A stretch of DNA of 61,137 nucleotides, filler included, from Dimargaris cristalligena (lineage: Eukaryota): the NCBI GenBank assembly GCA_003614675.1. It is 6 parts of 6 records of this genome, joined end to end, with 100 filler letters (N's around TTAATTAATTAA, not from the genome) between each part and the next. Parts side by side here need not be neighbours in the genome. Positions count along the whole stretch, not along the records: positions 20,540 to 30,647 come from ML003205.1; positions 30,748 to 40,821 come from ML003206.1; 4 more parts are not named here. One strand, written 5' to 3'. Of the stretch, positions 25,001 to 39,100 are shown in pieces. The number at the start of each line of letters is the position of its first letter. Within the stretch, counting starts at the first letter, position 1. The translations under genes were made by a program, and so were the position numbers. Below the pieces are notes generated by a model. It searched no databases. It saw only the letters and a list, made by a program, of their open reading frames with translations, and was not told the DNA's origin.

Positions 25001-28000
25001 TATTTTGAACTTAAGTTTCATTTTGTCCCCCGCCCCCTTCCCAAGTCTGCCCCCCCCATCCTCAGCCTGTACCACCCTTATATCTATTTTTATCTTTGAG
25101 CCACCCCCCGCGACTGCCACCTACGAAGTTAGTGCTCCCCCGAAGATAAATACACGAATTCGGACTCGGCCCCACTCTAACCGCCTTTACGGAACCAACC
25201 TGCAATACCGGATATTTTCAAAGTTGTTTCTTTTCGTATGCCTCGCGCTATATTCACTGACTTCCCGCCCCCTTCCGACCGCGCCCCTTTTTCATTAATC
25301 TAATCCGCCGAGTCTATTTGCAACTCGTAATTTGCCTTATCTGTTGCCTGGTTATCTTGACCCATGCGTCGTGGCAGGGCCACCTCTCTGTTCTACCGTG
25401 CAATTTTTGGAATTATTTATACCGGTTCGCGAAACCCCCGACCACCTAGCCAAGTACGGTTCGACTCGTTGTGCATAACACAGGTAAGCATAGTTATCAC
25501 CCCCCTTTACATACTACAGGCGGGTGCGGCGGCTTACTAATACTCGCCAGAGTTGGCCGCCCTTCCCCGTCATGCACGCCTTTATTATATTTTGTTAGAT
25601 ATATTTTTTCTTCGCGTTGGAATATTCCCAGCTACGTATCCTAGATGGATTGCGTTGCCGCTTTGCGCCATTATCCGCTGGGGCTGCATGCCGACCGGCA
25701 TAAATGCCAATGGGGCCTTCCACGCCGGCTGGAATGAGACTAGGGTGACGTTTCAGGGTTGGTGGGCTGTGCAGTGGGAAAGCCCTATTGGCAGTCACAG
25801 TGGCTGGCGGTCACCTACTGACCGCCGCTCTCCTTACTTTGGGGTACTGGAGGCAGTCTGCAGTGAGGGGAGGAGGAGGAGGTTATTAGATACTTAGGTG
25901 ACGGAAGGACCTTAACCTTCGGCACTTATATTACCCATCCCACAGGCCATCCTGGTATTCGGGATTGCGAAGGTGGTGTGTATATTACGGCTTGGCTATT
26001 TGGCCCCGTTCTCGGCACATCATCAGGGAGGCGACTGGAGGACGAGGTTTCTTTTCTTATGGGCGAGCCTTTCTCACTGGCTCGCTCACTGACTCGCTCA
26101 CTGGCGGCACTACTTAAAGATCCCGAATCCTAGGATTATCGCCGCACTATCACGCCGAGTTGATCAAGGTCGATTTTAATCGGCTTTACTGATTGTGATT
26201 ACCCATGGTCATTCAAGCCGAGTGGATATACTGCGCTGTTTATCCATTTTATTTTTATTATGCCTATTATTATTATTATTACCTCTGGGTTTCGCACCCA
26301 TTCCTGTGGGGGGCTGTTTCATGTTTTTGTCGCCTTGGGGCGAAGGGCATTGGCTGGGCCGTGGCCTCATTTTAAGGGAGAGACGAGTTCGTCTCTCTCT
26401 CTTATCTTCCGCGTCCCGGCCGCTTCATTTCTATTCGTTTATTCTCGATTTGGGCCCAACGCGCCCGTTTTATGGATAGGAGGAGGAGGGAGAAAGGGAA
26501 ACGTACCACCTTATGTGGGTATTGCCTTGCTTACACCAACTCCCCCCATTTAAACCAACCGATAGGGAGGTGAGGGTTACACACATTCGATGACTGTTAT
26601 TTTCCGATTTATTCCGTACAAGAGAATCTGCTTTATAGGGCTAGCCCTCCCACCCTTCCTTCCGCCTTTTCGTTTTCCATACCTACGGATACTCCATTTA
26701 GCCGAGAATGGCCCCTACTTGAGCTTCTCGATCGCCGAGGTTCGCTCTATTGGGATCCGTCTGTTCACTACACTCACACCCTTTTCCCTTTGTTGACGGG
26801 ATGTCTCAGGTTGACCCTTTCCCTTGCCCTTCTTGTCCCCGCTTATTCCCTATGTGCCGCTTCCCCCGGATGCCTTGCCTTGCTCTGTAAAAGGTAGTTT
26901 GTACCCTGGTCTTTCGACTCACTGAACTGACCTGGTCGCCAATGTTTGACGGTGGCATGGATCGCGGCAGCTTACGGGGGAGACGAGCACGGGGAATAGT
27001 GAGTGGAGTGGCGGCATAAGGGCTCATTTAGGCGCCATTTGGGAGATGCGGTATTCCCTCCACTCTTATATTTTTGGGGTGGCCGTACTTTTGTTACATG
27101 TTGTACACACTTACATGGCGCTATTTTGATTGGAACTTTCCAATCGCCTGTCCGCGTCCAGCCTTCCTTCCTCCCCTCTCCCAACTTTTCTTCTCCCCTA
27201 TCAGATCCATTGCTAGGTGCATCATGCCTTCTCTCCCCTATATATTATTTTTTTCGCCCATTGGAAACTGACCTACCGGACATTAAAGTAAAAGCGAAGA
27301 TGATTTACCGTGCAACTCAAACCCCCTACTCCTCTCCCTTCCCACTCGACAATGGTTAACTCCTCCTTGCCTTTTGACTACCGTGTTTCTTTATTCGTCG
27401 CACACACTCGCTCTTATATGTGCAGCCTTCTATGAAGATCGAGAGGTATATATAGAGACTAACCCGCCTATATGTACCACTTTCTTTTTCCTCTCTCTCT
27501 CGGAATTTTCCCTACCGTCCTCTTCATATATTTTTTTTTGATGGACATTGCATTAGTACGATCAGTTCCCTTGCATATTATTCAGATCCTTGCATTAGAC
27601 ATCGTTGGCGCAATCGTGCACCTTCCGGCATCCGTCTCGAAGAACTCCAATTATCATTTCAGTAAGTGGCTGAGTGTGCACTGCTCCCCTAATTCACTCT
27701 ATAATTGCCATAACGACAAATGCATGGCGACCGGATAAGCAAGTCGCCGGCTTGATTAGTATTTTGTCCGACCTGACATATGTCTGGCATATTAAAGAAA
27801 CAGTACCTTGGCTATCCAGGTTTAATTTATAGGCAATAATTTACTAACTTGTATGTATATTTGCACATTATCCTCTTTTCGGATATTTTTTTATACCGTT
27901 GACCTCTTACCATTTGACACATGTATAGCTTAAATTTGATTGGCAGTATTTAATTAACCAGTGGACTTGCCTGACCCACACACACACACACACACACACT

Positions 28001-28485
28001 ATATATTCTCAGTACCCGTGTATTTACAAATTGGCCAAGCCTATTCACCATCTTTCTTAGCCATCAAGTCTCGGAAGATCCCTCCTACCTGAACTTCCCC
28101 CATTAAATCTATACGCTCGGGGGTTTTCTTACTCTTCCACCAACCCTGCTTATCCAGACTACAATTGTTGCCATTGGACACTCCGTTCGTCCACCTTTAA
28201 TAATCCCCGTTTGGTTTGGTTGTGCTATTTCTGTCGAACCAATCGCCAGTATTGCGTTGGCCAATCCGTGACCCGCTTTCTTCGGCAACTATCATATTCC
28301 CCAACCCCATTTGCCTGAGCGACTCGTCTATTATTATCCATCCCCTCCCACCGCCCTATTTTATCTCGCTGCTTATTCGGTGGTGATTCTGCGCATTCGT
28401 GGGTGGACGATTTCCCCTCCCCAATCCTATTTATATTTTCATCACGTCCTCTATAGACTTTTTCACCGTTACCATTATATTAATC

Positions 28486-30647
28486 ATGTCGCCCGCTAAG
28501 CCCATTGCCGACTTTTCGCAATGGTTGCACGATCGATTCTTTACCCCCGATTTCCGCCACGGGTTCCTACCTCCAGAGCCCTCTCCTACCGACTCCCAGC
28601 GCTACGTCCCGATTTCGGCTTCCGGATCCTATTTTCCGCCCACTTCCGCTTTTTCGAGCCCCTCCCATACCCCACCTAGTTCCCGTCCCTCGTCGGTCTA
28701 CATGTCGTCCGAAGCTCCCGGGTGGATTAATCATCAGCAACACCACCATCCTACCCCTTTATCGGCTTCGGTTGTCCGGATGGCCACCTCGGTGCCCTCG
28801 TCACCCCCACTCGGACCGATCGGGAGTGCCTTGGTCGTACCTACTACTACGACAACTACCACCACCACCACGACTACTACCACTACTACAATCACTGCAT
28901 CTTCACCGTCTGGTGTTGAAACCGCCCATTCATCGTCGGCCACTCACCCCCAACTCCTCCCCCATTCTCAACCCGCGCCCAGGGAGGAACAGCGACGTCG
29001 TTCGGTAACTGCTCGCCCCCGATCCCTGTATAGTCTCTTGGGTATGCGTCCTCCACCATCGGTGGAGGTTGTCCTGTTTGACAGTCCGCTAACGCTCCGT
29101 GGTACCGCCACGGAAGCTGCCGGTAGTGTATTGCGGGGCCAGTTGGTAGTGCGCCTCTTCGATGATGTGACCGAACTGAAAGCCATTACCCTGCACCTCA
29201 AGGGGCGGGAGCAGGTGTTCTGGTCGGAAGGATTCGGCAAGCACCAAACCCTCGTGCGCCAAAAGAAGAATCTCATTGACCACACGTGGTCTTTCCTGAA
29301 CCCTTCCCCCTCCCCTGCAGTGACCGCCGCCACGTCACCAGCGTCCTCATCGGCGACGTCATCGTCGTCAGCGGCGGTATCAACCCCATCGTCCCGGTCG
29401 GCAACGGATTTGTTTATCCCTCACCGTAAGCACCCCTCCTCTAACAGTCTAACCAAGCTGGGCCCCGGCGAGCATGTGTTCGACTTTGACGTGGTCATCC
29501 CGGGGTCGCTTCCCGAAACCACCCATACCGAGCACGGCCACGTTACTTACAAGCTCCGGGCCGAGGTGGCCTACCCGGGTTTCCGCAAGAATCTGACCCA
29601 CGAGCTCGTCCTACCGGTCAAGCGCCAGCCCCTCGGATCCAGTGTGGAATGGATGCAATCCCTCATCATCGACGACGCCTGGGACCGCTTCATCGCCTAC
29701 ACGATCATGGCCCCATCCAAGATTTACGCCGACAATTCCACCATTACCCTCGACATGAATTTCACGCCCCGCGGCAAGGGCGTGCGGGTCCTCGCCGTAT
29801 CGGGCCTCCTCAAGGAGTACATTCGCTTTAACAATTACCTCCGGAACAACGCGGACCAAAGTCAGCAGACTTCGAACTCTGCGCCCCCGGCCGTGCGTCG
29901 GTTAACCCAGGTGATCACCCGGGTTGACCAAACCCCACCCAATTCGCAAAAGCCGCTCACCGACGCGGGCCTAAGCCTCTCGTTGGCCCTCTCGGTGCCC
30001 CAGGCCTACAAGCACATCCAGTACGACGCGGTGACCAACTTCATGGAAATCCAGCACAAGATTAAGGTACTCATCAAGCTGCAGGACCACCAGCGCAAAA
30101 TCCACCACATCTATATAGCGGCTCCCGTCGTTATCATGGACGGTAATTTCGAGGAAATCTCGAGTTTGCCGCCGTATACTCGGGCTGACCCCGACCATAC
30201 TCTCTTGGTGGGGGTGGCTCCTACCTACGGCTTGGGAGAAACCGAATCAGTAGGGGTTGAGAACCACGGTCACTCCTCCTCGTCCGCTTCTTCTTCTTCA
30301 ACTTCGACTTCTTCGGCGTCCTCGACTGGATGTAACCGCAATAATTCCGGCCACCGAAACCACCACCCGAGCCAGAATATCCATTTAGCCGCGTCGATGG
30401 TGGGGCCGGGGTCATTGGGTTTACAACACATTCCGTCCGCCAGTGACTTTGGCGATTTAACGGGCCGTCACCATGATTCTGATCACGAGCATGACGCCCC
30501 ATCCCACCCTTATCCCGGCGATGAGGGAATAAATTTTTCCAACCTTTCAATCGGGGCGGACCACAGGCAGCGGTCGCATGAGGACTTGGAAGGGTCCTCA
30601 ATGCTGATGACGCGATCGGCTGGAGTGAATCAACAGAGTACCGGTTT
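28486..30647 (+). CDS. Alpha-arrestin (ART/Rod1/CreD-like ubiquitin-ligase adaptor), 3' truncated by the contig end
   Basis: GSVLRGQLVV, LGPGEHVFDFDVVIPGSLPET, GHVTYKLRA, IQHKIKVLI arrestin N/C-domain motifs; PPxY in LPPYT; poly-Thr N-terminal extension. Confidence 0.9.
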
Positions 30648-30747
30648 NNNNNNNNNNNNNNNNNNNNNNNNNNNNNNNNNNNNNNNNNNNNTTAATTAAT
30701 TAANNNNNNNNNNNNNNNNNNNNNNNNNNNNNNNNNNNNNNNNNNNN
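30648..30747. other. Artificial contig spacer
   Basis: N44-TTAATTAATTAA-N44. Confidence 0.97.
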
Positions 30748-31144
30748 GGGGGGGGGGGGGGGGGGGGGAGCGAACAGCTCGCGGGGTTTTGGTCGTCATA
30801 AAACTGCATAATAGGAAAAGAGGAGACTCTCATGTCATCGATCGAGTCGGCAATTAGGGAACGACGAATACAAACTATATATCATTTTAAGAAATAAACA
30901 ACGACAAGAAGAATAAGAAAAAAAAACTGAATCGTGAAATCGGTGGATTATAATAACACAACGAGCAATTAGAATACATGGTAAGTAAAAAAGATGCGGA
31001 CCATTTGATCCGCACCAACTAAGGCATGGCATATATATATATATATATATCTAGGGATGGAGAAAGGGGCCGGGGGTCTATTATAATTACACCTATATAA
31101 ATATAGATGAATATAGATAGAATATTCCCCTATTATTCTATATA

Positions 31145-33933
31145 TTAACAGGTTGACGGAGTCCGAGGATCCGAAAGAAAGTGAGGCTGAGGGTGGTGGT
31201 GGTGGTGGTGGTGGGGATGACTCCGATGGGGCTGTTGTTGCTGGTAGTACGAGGCAGGGCTAGAACTCGACTGATTCGTCCCAAAAGTAGCCGCAGTATC
31301 ATGGCGGGGGGCGATTACCCGGAAGGGAGGGAGGGTATCTGGCGAATGACCGGGACTCGAAGAAATACGGGAAGCGGGCGAAGTAGTAGACACGGGGGAT
31401 GGCAGGGTAGCTCCTCCACCGTTAGTAGAGGTAGTGGTGGTGGTGGACGAGGAGGTAGCAGTGGTGCAATTAATCGAGGCTAAACTGGGGGAGGAGTGGG
31501 TGGCGGACTTGTGGTAGATGGAGGTGATAGGGGGCAGACTCGTCAATAGCGCGGGAACGCTGCTCTCGGATGTCGGGTAAGTCGGGGAGGCGATGGCAGG
31601 GGGGATGGAGGTAGAGGAGGAGGGGATAATAGGGGCCGACCGGAAAGATTGGCTCATGGAGCGTGGAGGGGGCAGTAGAGGTCCACTACTGTTAGTCCGG
31701 GGCGTTGGTCCGGCCCGGTAAGTGTTTAGGGAAGCGGAGAGCGGACCACCCTCCCGCGAGGCCATCTTTTCGCCATGGTGAACGGAGGTCGAGGTGGGTG
31801 GGGGCAGTAGGGGGGAGGACACCACCGTCGCGGCGGCATCACATACACTGAGGGCCTGGGTGATCTCGGTATTCAGGGTTAAAGCCTCCAGCTTGCGCTT
31901 CTTCTTGGTTTGGTTCTGGAAGGACGGGTCGTACATTTCCTCATCCGAAAAGACGGTTGTGAGGAAGTTCACCACTTTGGATATCGCCCGCTGGTGCTGC
32001 TGTTGGGTAGATATTAAAGACTGGAGATCGGCGCGGAGCTGGTGGTTGGAGTTACGGAGGGCGTGATTGTCGTGTTTGAGGTGGTCAATCTGGGTTTGGC
32101 AAAGGTGGTGGTTACGTGGGTGGTGCAGTTGTTGCTGATGCTGGTGGTGGGGATGACGATGATGGCTATTGGAGTTATTATTGCTGGAAGAGTCTGGGTA
32201 GGTGGAGGAGGAATGGCCGGACATGGACCGGGTAGCGGAGTTGGCCGCATGGGTGGACGACGAGGGGGGCAGGGTGCAGGGTGATTCTTGGGAGGGGTCC
32301 CGGCGAGCTTGAGTCAGGTCAATATTCGGACTGGCCGAGGGGGAGTCGCCCGACTGGTGGTTGGAGGCGGAGGCCTTGGGTGTCCGGCGTTTGATATTAT
32401 TTAGTAGATCCGGACGGCCGTGGAGGAACTCGGGGTGTTTGAATTCCCAGATCTGGGTATCGTTGGTGGCATTGGCGTGGAACACATCATTGACTAGATA
32501 GGTAGGTAGGTAATGGGTGTAGAAGGGAATGTGATTAATACGTGATGGTGACAGAGGCTGGTGTTCCCAAAGCAGAGTGTGGCTAGAGAGCAGAGCACTA
32601 TACTATACTATAATATGGTATAGTATAGTCCCAGGCGGAAACCCCTCGCGCTCCTCCGGACGGGGGGATATCCATATATAGACATGAGGTATTTTCGCGG
32701 AGGGGAGTGAGGCAACCCAGGGAAAAGGAGAGAGAGGTGTGGTGATATCATCATCATCACCATTAATGAGAGTCAGCCACCGGGCGCGTGAGCCAATAAT
32801 AGCAGACATGAGTGGGTGGGGCCTATAGCCGTGGGTACAATGGATCATCCCCATGTTCCCTCTCCTCCGTATTCACTTCCTCATGTATGTATGTATGTAT
32901 GGTTCGGGCTGATTGACGACAAATCCACCACACTAATACACGTACGCAGCAGCAGAAAAGAAGGAAACGAACATTCGAGCAACCTCTTCATTCCCGCTCG
33001 GCCATTTATATCCAGACTGGGCAGGTAATACTAAATGCTAGTTATTCTGAACCAAATAAGAATACTTACCTTTATGGAAACCGTACATGTTGAGTTGGCG
33101 GACGAAACTCTGCCAGTTGCCATGTTTGAAGTAGCGGGGCAGGACGGTTTTGGCCAGTTCATTGTGGTTGGTGACGGTGAATTTCTGGCCACAGGGCGAC
33201 CAGTGGATGAGTTTCTGGTTCTCAGTCGCCTCGATGATTCTGTAGTAGTAGTAGTAGTATTAGTAGTAGTAGTATTAGTAGTAGTATTAGTATTAGTAGT
33301 ATTAGTAGTAGTATTAGTATTAGTAGTGATGATGAGGGCAACGTTAGGAAACCCCAGCAGGAAGAAGCAGAAGAAACAGAAGAGAATAGAACTCCCAATA
33401 TCCGACTAGAAACGACGAAGTGGGTCAGGCGATGATGCAAACGCAAAGAATAGGAGGTAGTAATGCCGGAGGGGCTTATAGGCGGCAGGCGCCAATGGAA
33501 GATTCCATGATACGGGCCACTCGCTGCTGCACTCAGGTAGAACTGCCGATGTATATTGAGGCCACCTTTGCAGTAACCCCCTCGGTCGGGAGGAATACCA
33601 GTCAGCCAGCCAGTAGTGGGTGGATAAATATTATTTTTTTTGGAAACAGGCCTTTGAATGGGCTTATGCCTACTCTATTCCACGCCCAGCTTGTTCCAGG
33701 CACCTGGGTGTGGTGGGTAAAGGACGAGACCGGAAAGTGAGAAATTACAACCGAGCCCAGGTAAACAAAGTGGTCGGGGGAATATATATGTATATAGGTA
33801 AGGGGACAATAAAAGTGTATACATACGTGTATAGTTTGTTGATAAAGGCGGCTTGGTTGCGTTGGACGGGGATAATCCCGGGGGCCAAGGGCTCTGGCGA
33901 GAGGTTGGCTTTAATCTGGGCGAGCGACGCCAT
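31145..33933 (-). CDS. HSF-type DNA-binding transcription factor (Sfl1/Hsf-like)
   Basis: Exons 33933-33827, 33239-33070, 32493-31145; [55 protein letters not shown]; coiled coil, KKKRK NLS-like motif, low-complexity tail. Confidence 0.92.
33242..33327 (-). repeat. Compound (TAC)n/TACTAAT microsatellite at the 3' end of HSF intron 1
   Basis: Read directly; abuts the CAG acceptor at 33242-33240. Confidence 0.9.
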
Positions 33934-34033
33934 GGGTCCAGGCCGGAGGAGGAGGAGGAGGTGGTGGTGGTGGAGGTGGAGAGGGCAGGAGAGTAGAGTT
34001 AAAGTGAGAGTAAATGATAATAAGAACAAGAAT

Positions 34034-34064
<31 letters not shown>

Positions 34065-35396
34065 GGTGTGTTTGCGTATGGCAATAACAGGCAAAAGAAG
34101 TCGTCTCAATGGACCAGCAAGGTGGGATGGAAGGGGAAAAAGGAACTCTATAAGTTGGAGAGATATCCGTACAATTATATTATAATTATAATAGTAATAA
34201 TGGAAGTAGTTATTAGTAGTAGAGTGGCAGGTAAAAGAGGAGGAGAACAGAACTGGCGGAACGCCGCGTATTAAAGCGGACCCAAGGCCGAAAAATCCAC
34301 CTGTCTCGTTCTTTGAAAGTTTGCTTTTCCATCCAACTCCCCCCAGGGATTCCTGTATATTACAATACCCCTTTAATCCCCGTGGTTGGCGAAAATGCCT
34401 CATCTGCCCATCCACTCACACTCATAGCCATGTCCACCATAACCACCCCCACTTCTCTTCTTCTTCCTCGCTGCTATTTTTTCCACTCTCATGTAACCCT
34501 AGCCCAGTGGGGGCCAATCACACTGGGCCAGGCCACTGTGTCGATGTTTTCCCTGTGTTCTGATAAGTTCGACTGGGCGGGGAGGCCAAGGAAGATGTGG
34601 AATATACCAATAGCAGCTAATCATTCCAGTCAGAGTTATAATAGAAGCATGTTGTACACCTATCTACACACACACGCCTCTCTCTCTCTCTCTATACGGT
34701 GGCAAAGAAAAGGGGGGGCTATACAGCGTTGGTCCATTCACCCTACCTAATGAATCCATAGATAGGAGATTAAAGCGTTGGTCCCCTCCCATAAGAACTC
34801 TTCAGGGTAAGTGTCACGAATGTAACCACCGCTGCCATAACAATCCCATTGCATAAAAAGGACACATCCTGTAGAGCATGTAAAATAATAATATCTGTAT
34901 AGCTTCTCTGGGCCTCTTGTTCTCCCGCTGGATGCTTCGACGATTCCACTCTCTCGGCCACAGTAGTTGTGGTTGGTCCCTCCCGCCTCCGCTATTCCTA
35001 AACCACGGAGATTCGTTCCTCTCCCCAAATATAATATCCACCAGCTTCCTCCTCTGTTTCCTTCCACTGGCATTTTGTCTTCCTTGCCCCACCCGTGCGA
35101 CAACCACTGGTTGCACGCCGAAGACCCCCCATTCGCCGGTCACCCAATCATTGCCATACTCCATTTGCTGAATATGTTCGATTCAATACTACTCTGATCA
35201 GTCAATTAATGTACATTCCAGCATCAATAAAATGACCTACCTAGTCTGTTTTTGTTTTTTTTTAGATTTCATATTTCGGCGTCTTATTGACGTAACCCCA
35301 CCGGCATCCCCAGCTTAGCCAGACTGAGCACTATGGCTTAGAGGCACTCCGGCGGCCTGTGAATAAGCCAGTGCAGCCCACATTGTACATTTATAT

Positions 35397-35532
35397 GGGA
35401 GAAGTTCATCCAAGCTGTATAACGAAAAATCCATTAGATTCGGCCAATATTACTAGTTAAAAATACATTTCCCATCTATTTTCCCATACACGCATAATGT
35501 AAACCCTTATATAGCTGGGCCGAATTTCACCC
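35397..35532 (-). mobile_element. MITE family copy 2 (136 bp)
   Basis: ATAT|GGGAGAAGTTCATCC...CCGAATTTCACCC|ATAT. Confidence 0.85.
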
Positions 35533-36028
35533 ATATAAACTAGAGTTCCCTAAGTGGTGGTGGTGGGCCTCCTAATATTAAAAAAGCACAGCGACGTGGA
35601 GGGGTGTGCGAGCAGGTGAAGAAGAACCAGAGAAGACGCGCCAGGTCCCCAAGAACAATGGGAGGGACGAGGGGTTATTATGTCTAACGAACCGCTCTGC
35701 CAAGACTTTTATTGGCGGATAAATATTTAACCATTGGCCAATCCTTCCTATTGGGTTCACTCGTGCCCAATCACTCTCACTCATTCATCTTTCTGTTCGC
35801 CTTCCCCTTCCCTTCTACCCCGTTGTTCTTTCTAGACGCAGCGGCCATTGGGGCTTGGCATAACCAATGGAGTCTTTGTGGGAGAGGGGCACCGATTGTT
35901 TCATAATAGCCGAGTTTATTGAAGGGTAAAAAGTATGTGAGGGAGGGAGAGAGAGTAGTGGATAGGTACGGTCAACTCGTCCCGAGTGGAGCCGGTGGGC
36001 GGAGTGGTATAGTATTATTATTGAATAT

Positions 36029-36166
36029 GGGTGAACTTCAGCTCGGCTGTATAGGGTTTTAACTAATATATGTATATGGGAAAATCAGTGGGATGTTTAT
36101 TTTCAACCAGCAGTATTTGCTTCATCAAATGGATTTTTCGTTATACAGCCTTGTTGAACTACTCCC
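36029..36166 (+). mobile_element. MITE family copy 3 (138 bp)
   Basis: ATAT|GGGTGAACTTCAGCTCGG...TTGTTGAACTACTCCC|ATAT. Confidence 0.88.
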
Positions 36167-39100
36167 ATATCGTGGCAATAGGGGCCTCTCTTTTTTCCGT
36201 CTCTCTAAGCCGCACTTCACACTAGACAAGGTCACCAAAAATACATCTGTAGAGTACAGAGGAGACCCCAGGGAACCAGCTGCTTATTACCCCATCAGTA
36301 AGTAAGCGAGAACAGCCCTCCCACAGATGTATCTACTCTTCCTCCACCCAGCTGCATTACAACAGCGACTGCCCAGATCAACTTCTCCCCGTTTCCTCCC
36401 TACCCGTGTTCCAGCCAATGGCGAAAAGCCCTCGGCCGTGGGGCACATATCCAGTCCTTCCTTCGCTCTCAACCATTCCCCGTGGATCGGCGCTGTTCTT
36501 GGCAAATTGTTCTTTACACGGGGATTCGACGGCGCCGAATTCCCATGGCTATGCATGGGGAAAAATGGGATGTTCCATTGCTATATTATACTAAAGTATA
36601 CACACCCTCTCTCCTAATTGCCACTGTGCCGGTTGTAATACAGTAGTAGTTGAAGTTGGTAAACCCTATTCCCCATTTGTCAACTCTTGAGTCAAGGAAA
36701 ATCCTTCTTCCCTTCTCTTTTCCATGCCCTGCACTGTGGGGAAACCATGTCGTTGGTCCAATCTCACCACACCACCTTCCTTGGTAGATTATTCCACCGT
36801 CCCCTCTCCCTGGCCTTGATTGGCCTCTCCGGTCCATACCTGTTCAATCGACATAGTATGTGTGTGTTCCTCAGCAATGGTGAAAATAAAATAAAGCAGT
36901 CAGTTTGGGACAGAGAGCTAAGGTCCGCCCCAGTAAAAGAGGGAATACCAGCCACTGCTTTAACGTTTATTTTTGACCACTGCGCCCCCTTATTCCTAAA
37001 ATAGCCCGTCTTCACTATTCGGAAAATCAGGCCACGTAATTAAGGTAGGTCCATTTCAGTGACATCCCTCCATCCCAAACATTGGCTGTCCACCCGCCTG
37101 ACTCCTGCCATTCCGGATCTTGGATATGGTGGGCAGTCCTGCTCAGTCGGTTGCAATGCCCATCCCACCCAGGCATTATTGTTTGATATTGGCCATACGT
37201 CAGTTGGCAGTGAATGAGGTAGTAGTCTACGTTCTTTGCATCTAGACCATTGCACGGGCTGGTTTTATCTCGCTAAATAAATGGGGGTGCAGCACAACTA
37301 ATTGAGTCGGCAAAGTTAATAACACGTCATTTTGTAGACGTGTAGGCGGTGTACCCAAGTCCAGACCCAGTCCATTTCGTTGGTTAGTTTCCATTTTTTT
37401 TTAAAACAAGGGAAAGTAGAAAGGAAGACGGCAAATAGGTATCTGCATTCGAGGATTATGCCCCCACCACGTAGTGCATATTCGCTACAATCGCTCAACC
37501 TTGTGGATGTGACTCGAACCTAAGAAAATCACTCGGAAAAGGCATTGGGTGGACTACATACAGCTTCTACCTGAACATTCGGCAACCTCGGCCTCGCGGA
37601 TAGTTCTTAAAAAAGTGGCTATACAGAATTGAGTGATTTCGGTTTCAAAGGAGCGACAATGAAGACCGGGTCAAGTAATTATAATCATCATTTGGCATAA
37701 TTGCATCAATCAAGCAGAATATGTATCTGACTCAAGATTCAGGTATAAATTCGCAACGAATATAAATACAATAAAATAGAACAAAATAAAACAAAACCTT
37801 GAAATTATATCCGTCACAATGAAGGGTGGGCATCCTGCGATGAGGTTCATTTGTTGGGCATACAGGTTGGATGAGATTCTCGCGCCTAAGGTAGAGGGGA
37901 ACGGGGCTAGGACATATAAAAATAATGATGGGGATTTATTGAAGTGTCGCTATACTCAGTGGCGTCAGCGGTCAAAGATAGTTTTAGATTCGCAAAAACC
38001 CACTCACCATCTTCCAGTATAGCTCGTTGGCAAAATAGACTGATGTATGTATTTCGGTTTGCATTACCCCGTAAGTGACATCAAGCCATTTTATTCGGTA
38101 TGGGTGTTAATGCGACTGCCACTTAAACCCCTGAACTTAACCCAAAGTGTGCTTCGATTTGACAGGCTCATTGGTTGTAATTAGCTAAGGCGTCTATTAC
38201 TAAAGGTCGCTTGCTGGACTTACAGGCAGAGCCGTCTTTAGGGCTAATATGGGCTAATTAGAACACTAGTCTGAAACGGACCGTTATCCCAAATAGTTGT
38301 ATACAAATAGGTGTCAACTTAAAATGTGTTTTTGGCTATTATATTCTTCCTTAATGACCAATCCTGACTAGGCAGGGCCTTAACCACGCCAGACAACCAG
38401 TTTGCCCCAAGTGGAGATTTCCAGAGTGTAATAAGCCAAGCAGAAGGACAAGGCCAGGCAAGCCAGGGTCAGGCTATCTAGGTAGTAAAGTGGCTTCCGA
38501 AGGGTTAGGGTTACTGGTAAACCGAAAATGTGCCCTAAGGAAAATGTAAATATTATTTCGCACTTGGGAGAAGGTGCATGTTAACAGTCACACTAAGTAG
38601 CAATAAAGGCTAAGTGATCCTATTGGTCGAAATGTATTTAATAAAAAGCACTATGGAGTGCTTAATCATCTCTCTCTGAAGTTCGTTCTTCCAATTTATC
38701 TAAGCCAGCGAATTTGCTTTATCCATCATAGTATAGCATACTTTGAGAGAATATGTGATCATATCAAACAACACCAATAAAATATCCAATCGCTTGACTA
38801 TTCCACCTGTAATTATTACTGATCGCTCATGTTGCTCAGGCTAAATAAGCCTAATAGGGTTCATATAATTCCTTACAACTCACCCATATCAGACCTTTAG
38901 GACCCGCAATCCTGTCCCACGGAAACCCCTTGTGTCATAAGGGCCGTCTATTGCAACTCCTGGTTGATATAATTGGACACTGCCCTCTGACCCAAAGTCT
39001 TAAACTTAGCATTGATATATTCTCATCAATGTCTTCTGGACACCAGCAGCTTCTAAATGATCCTCCCACGATTCCCTTCTAGATGTCCCTACATGTATAT

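Noticed and set aside
26073-26104. CTCGCTCACTGACTCGCT resembling pUC/pBR322 sequence (vector contamination)
   Set aside because: Only 18 nt, part of a local 12-bp tandem repeat, and the flanks do not continue the match.
30748-30768. G21 run as a G-quadruplex element
   Set aside because: Sits at a contig edge; likely an assembly break or sequencing artefact.
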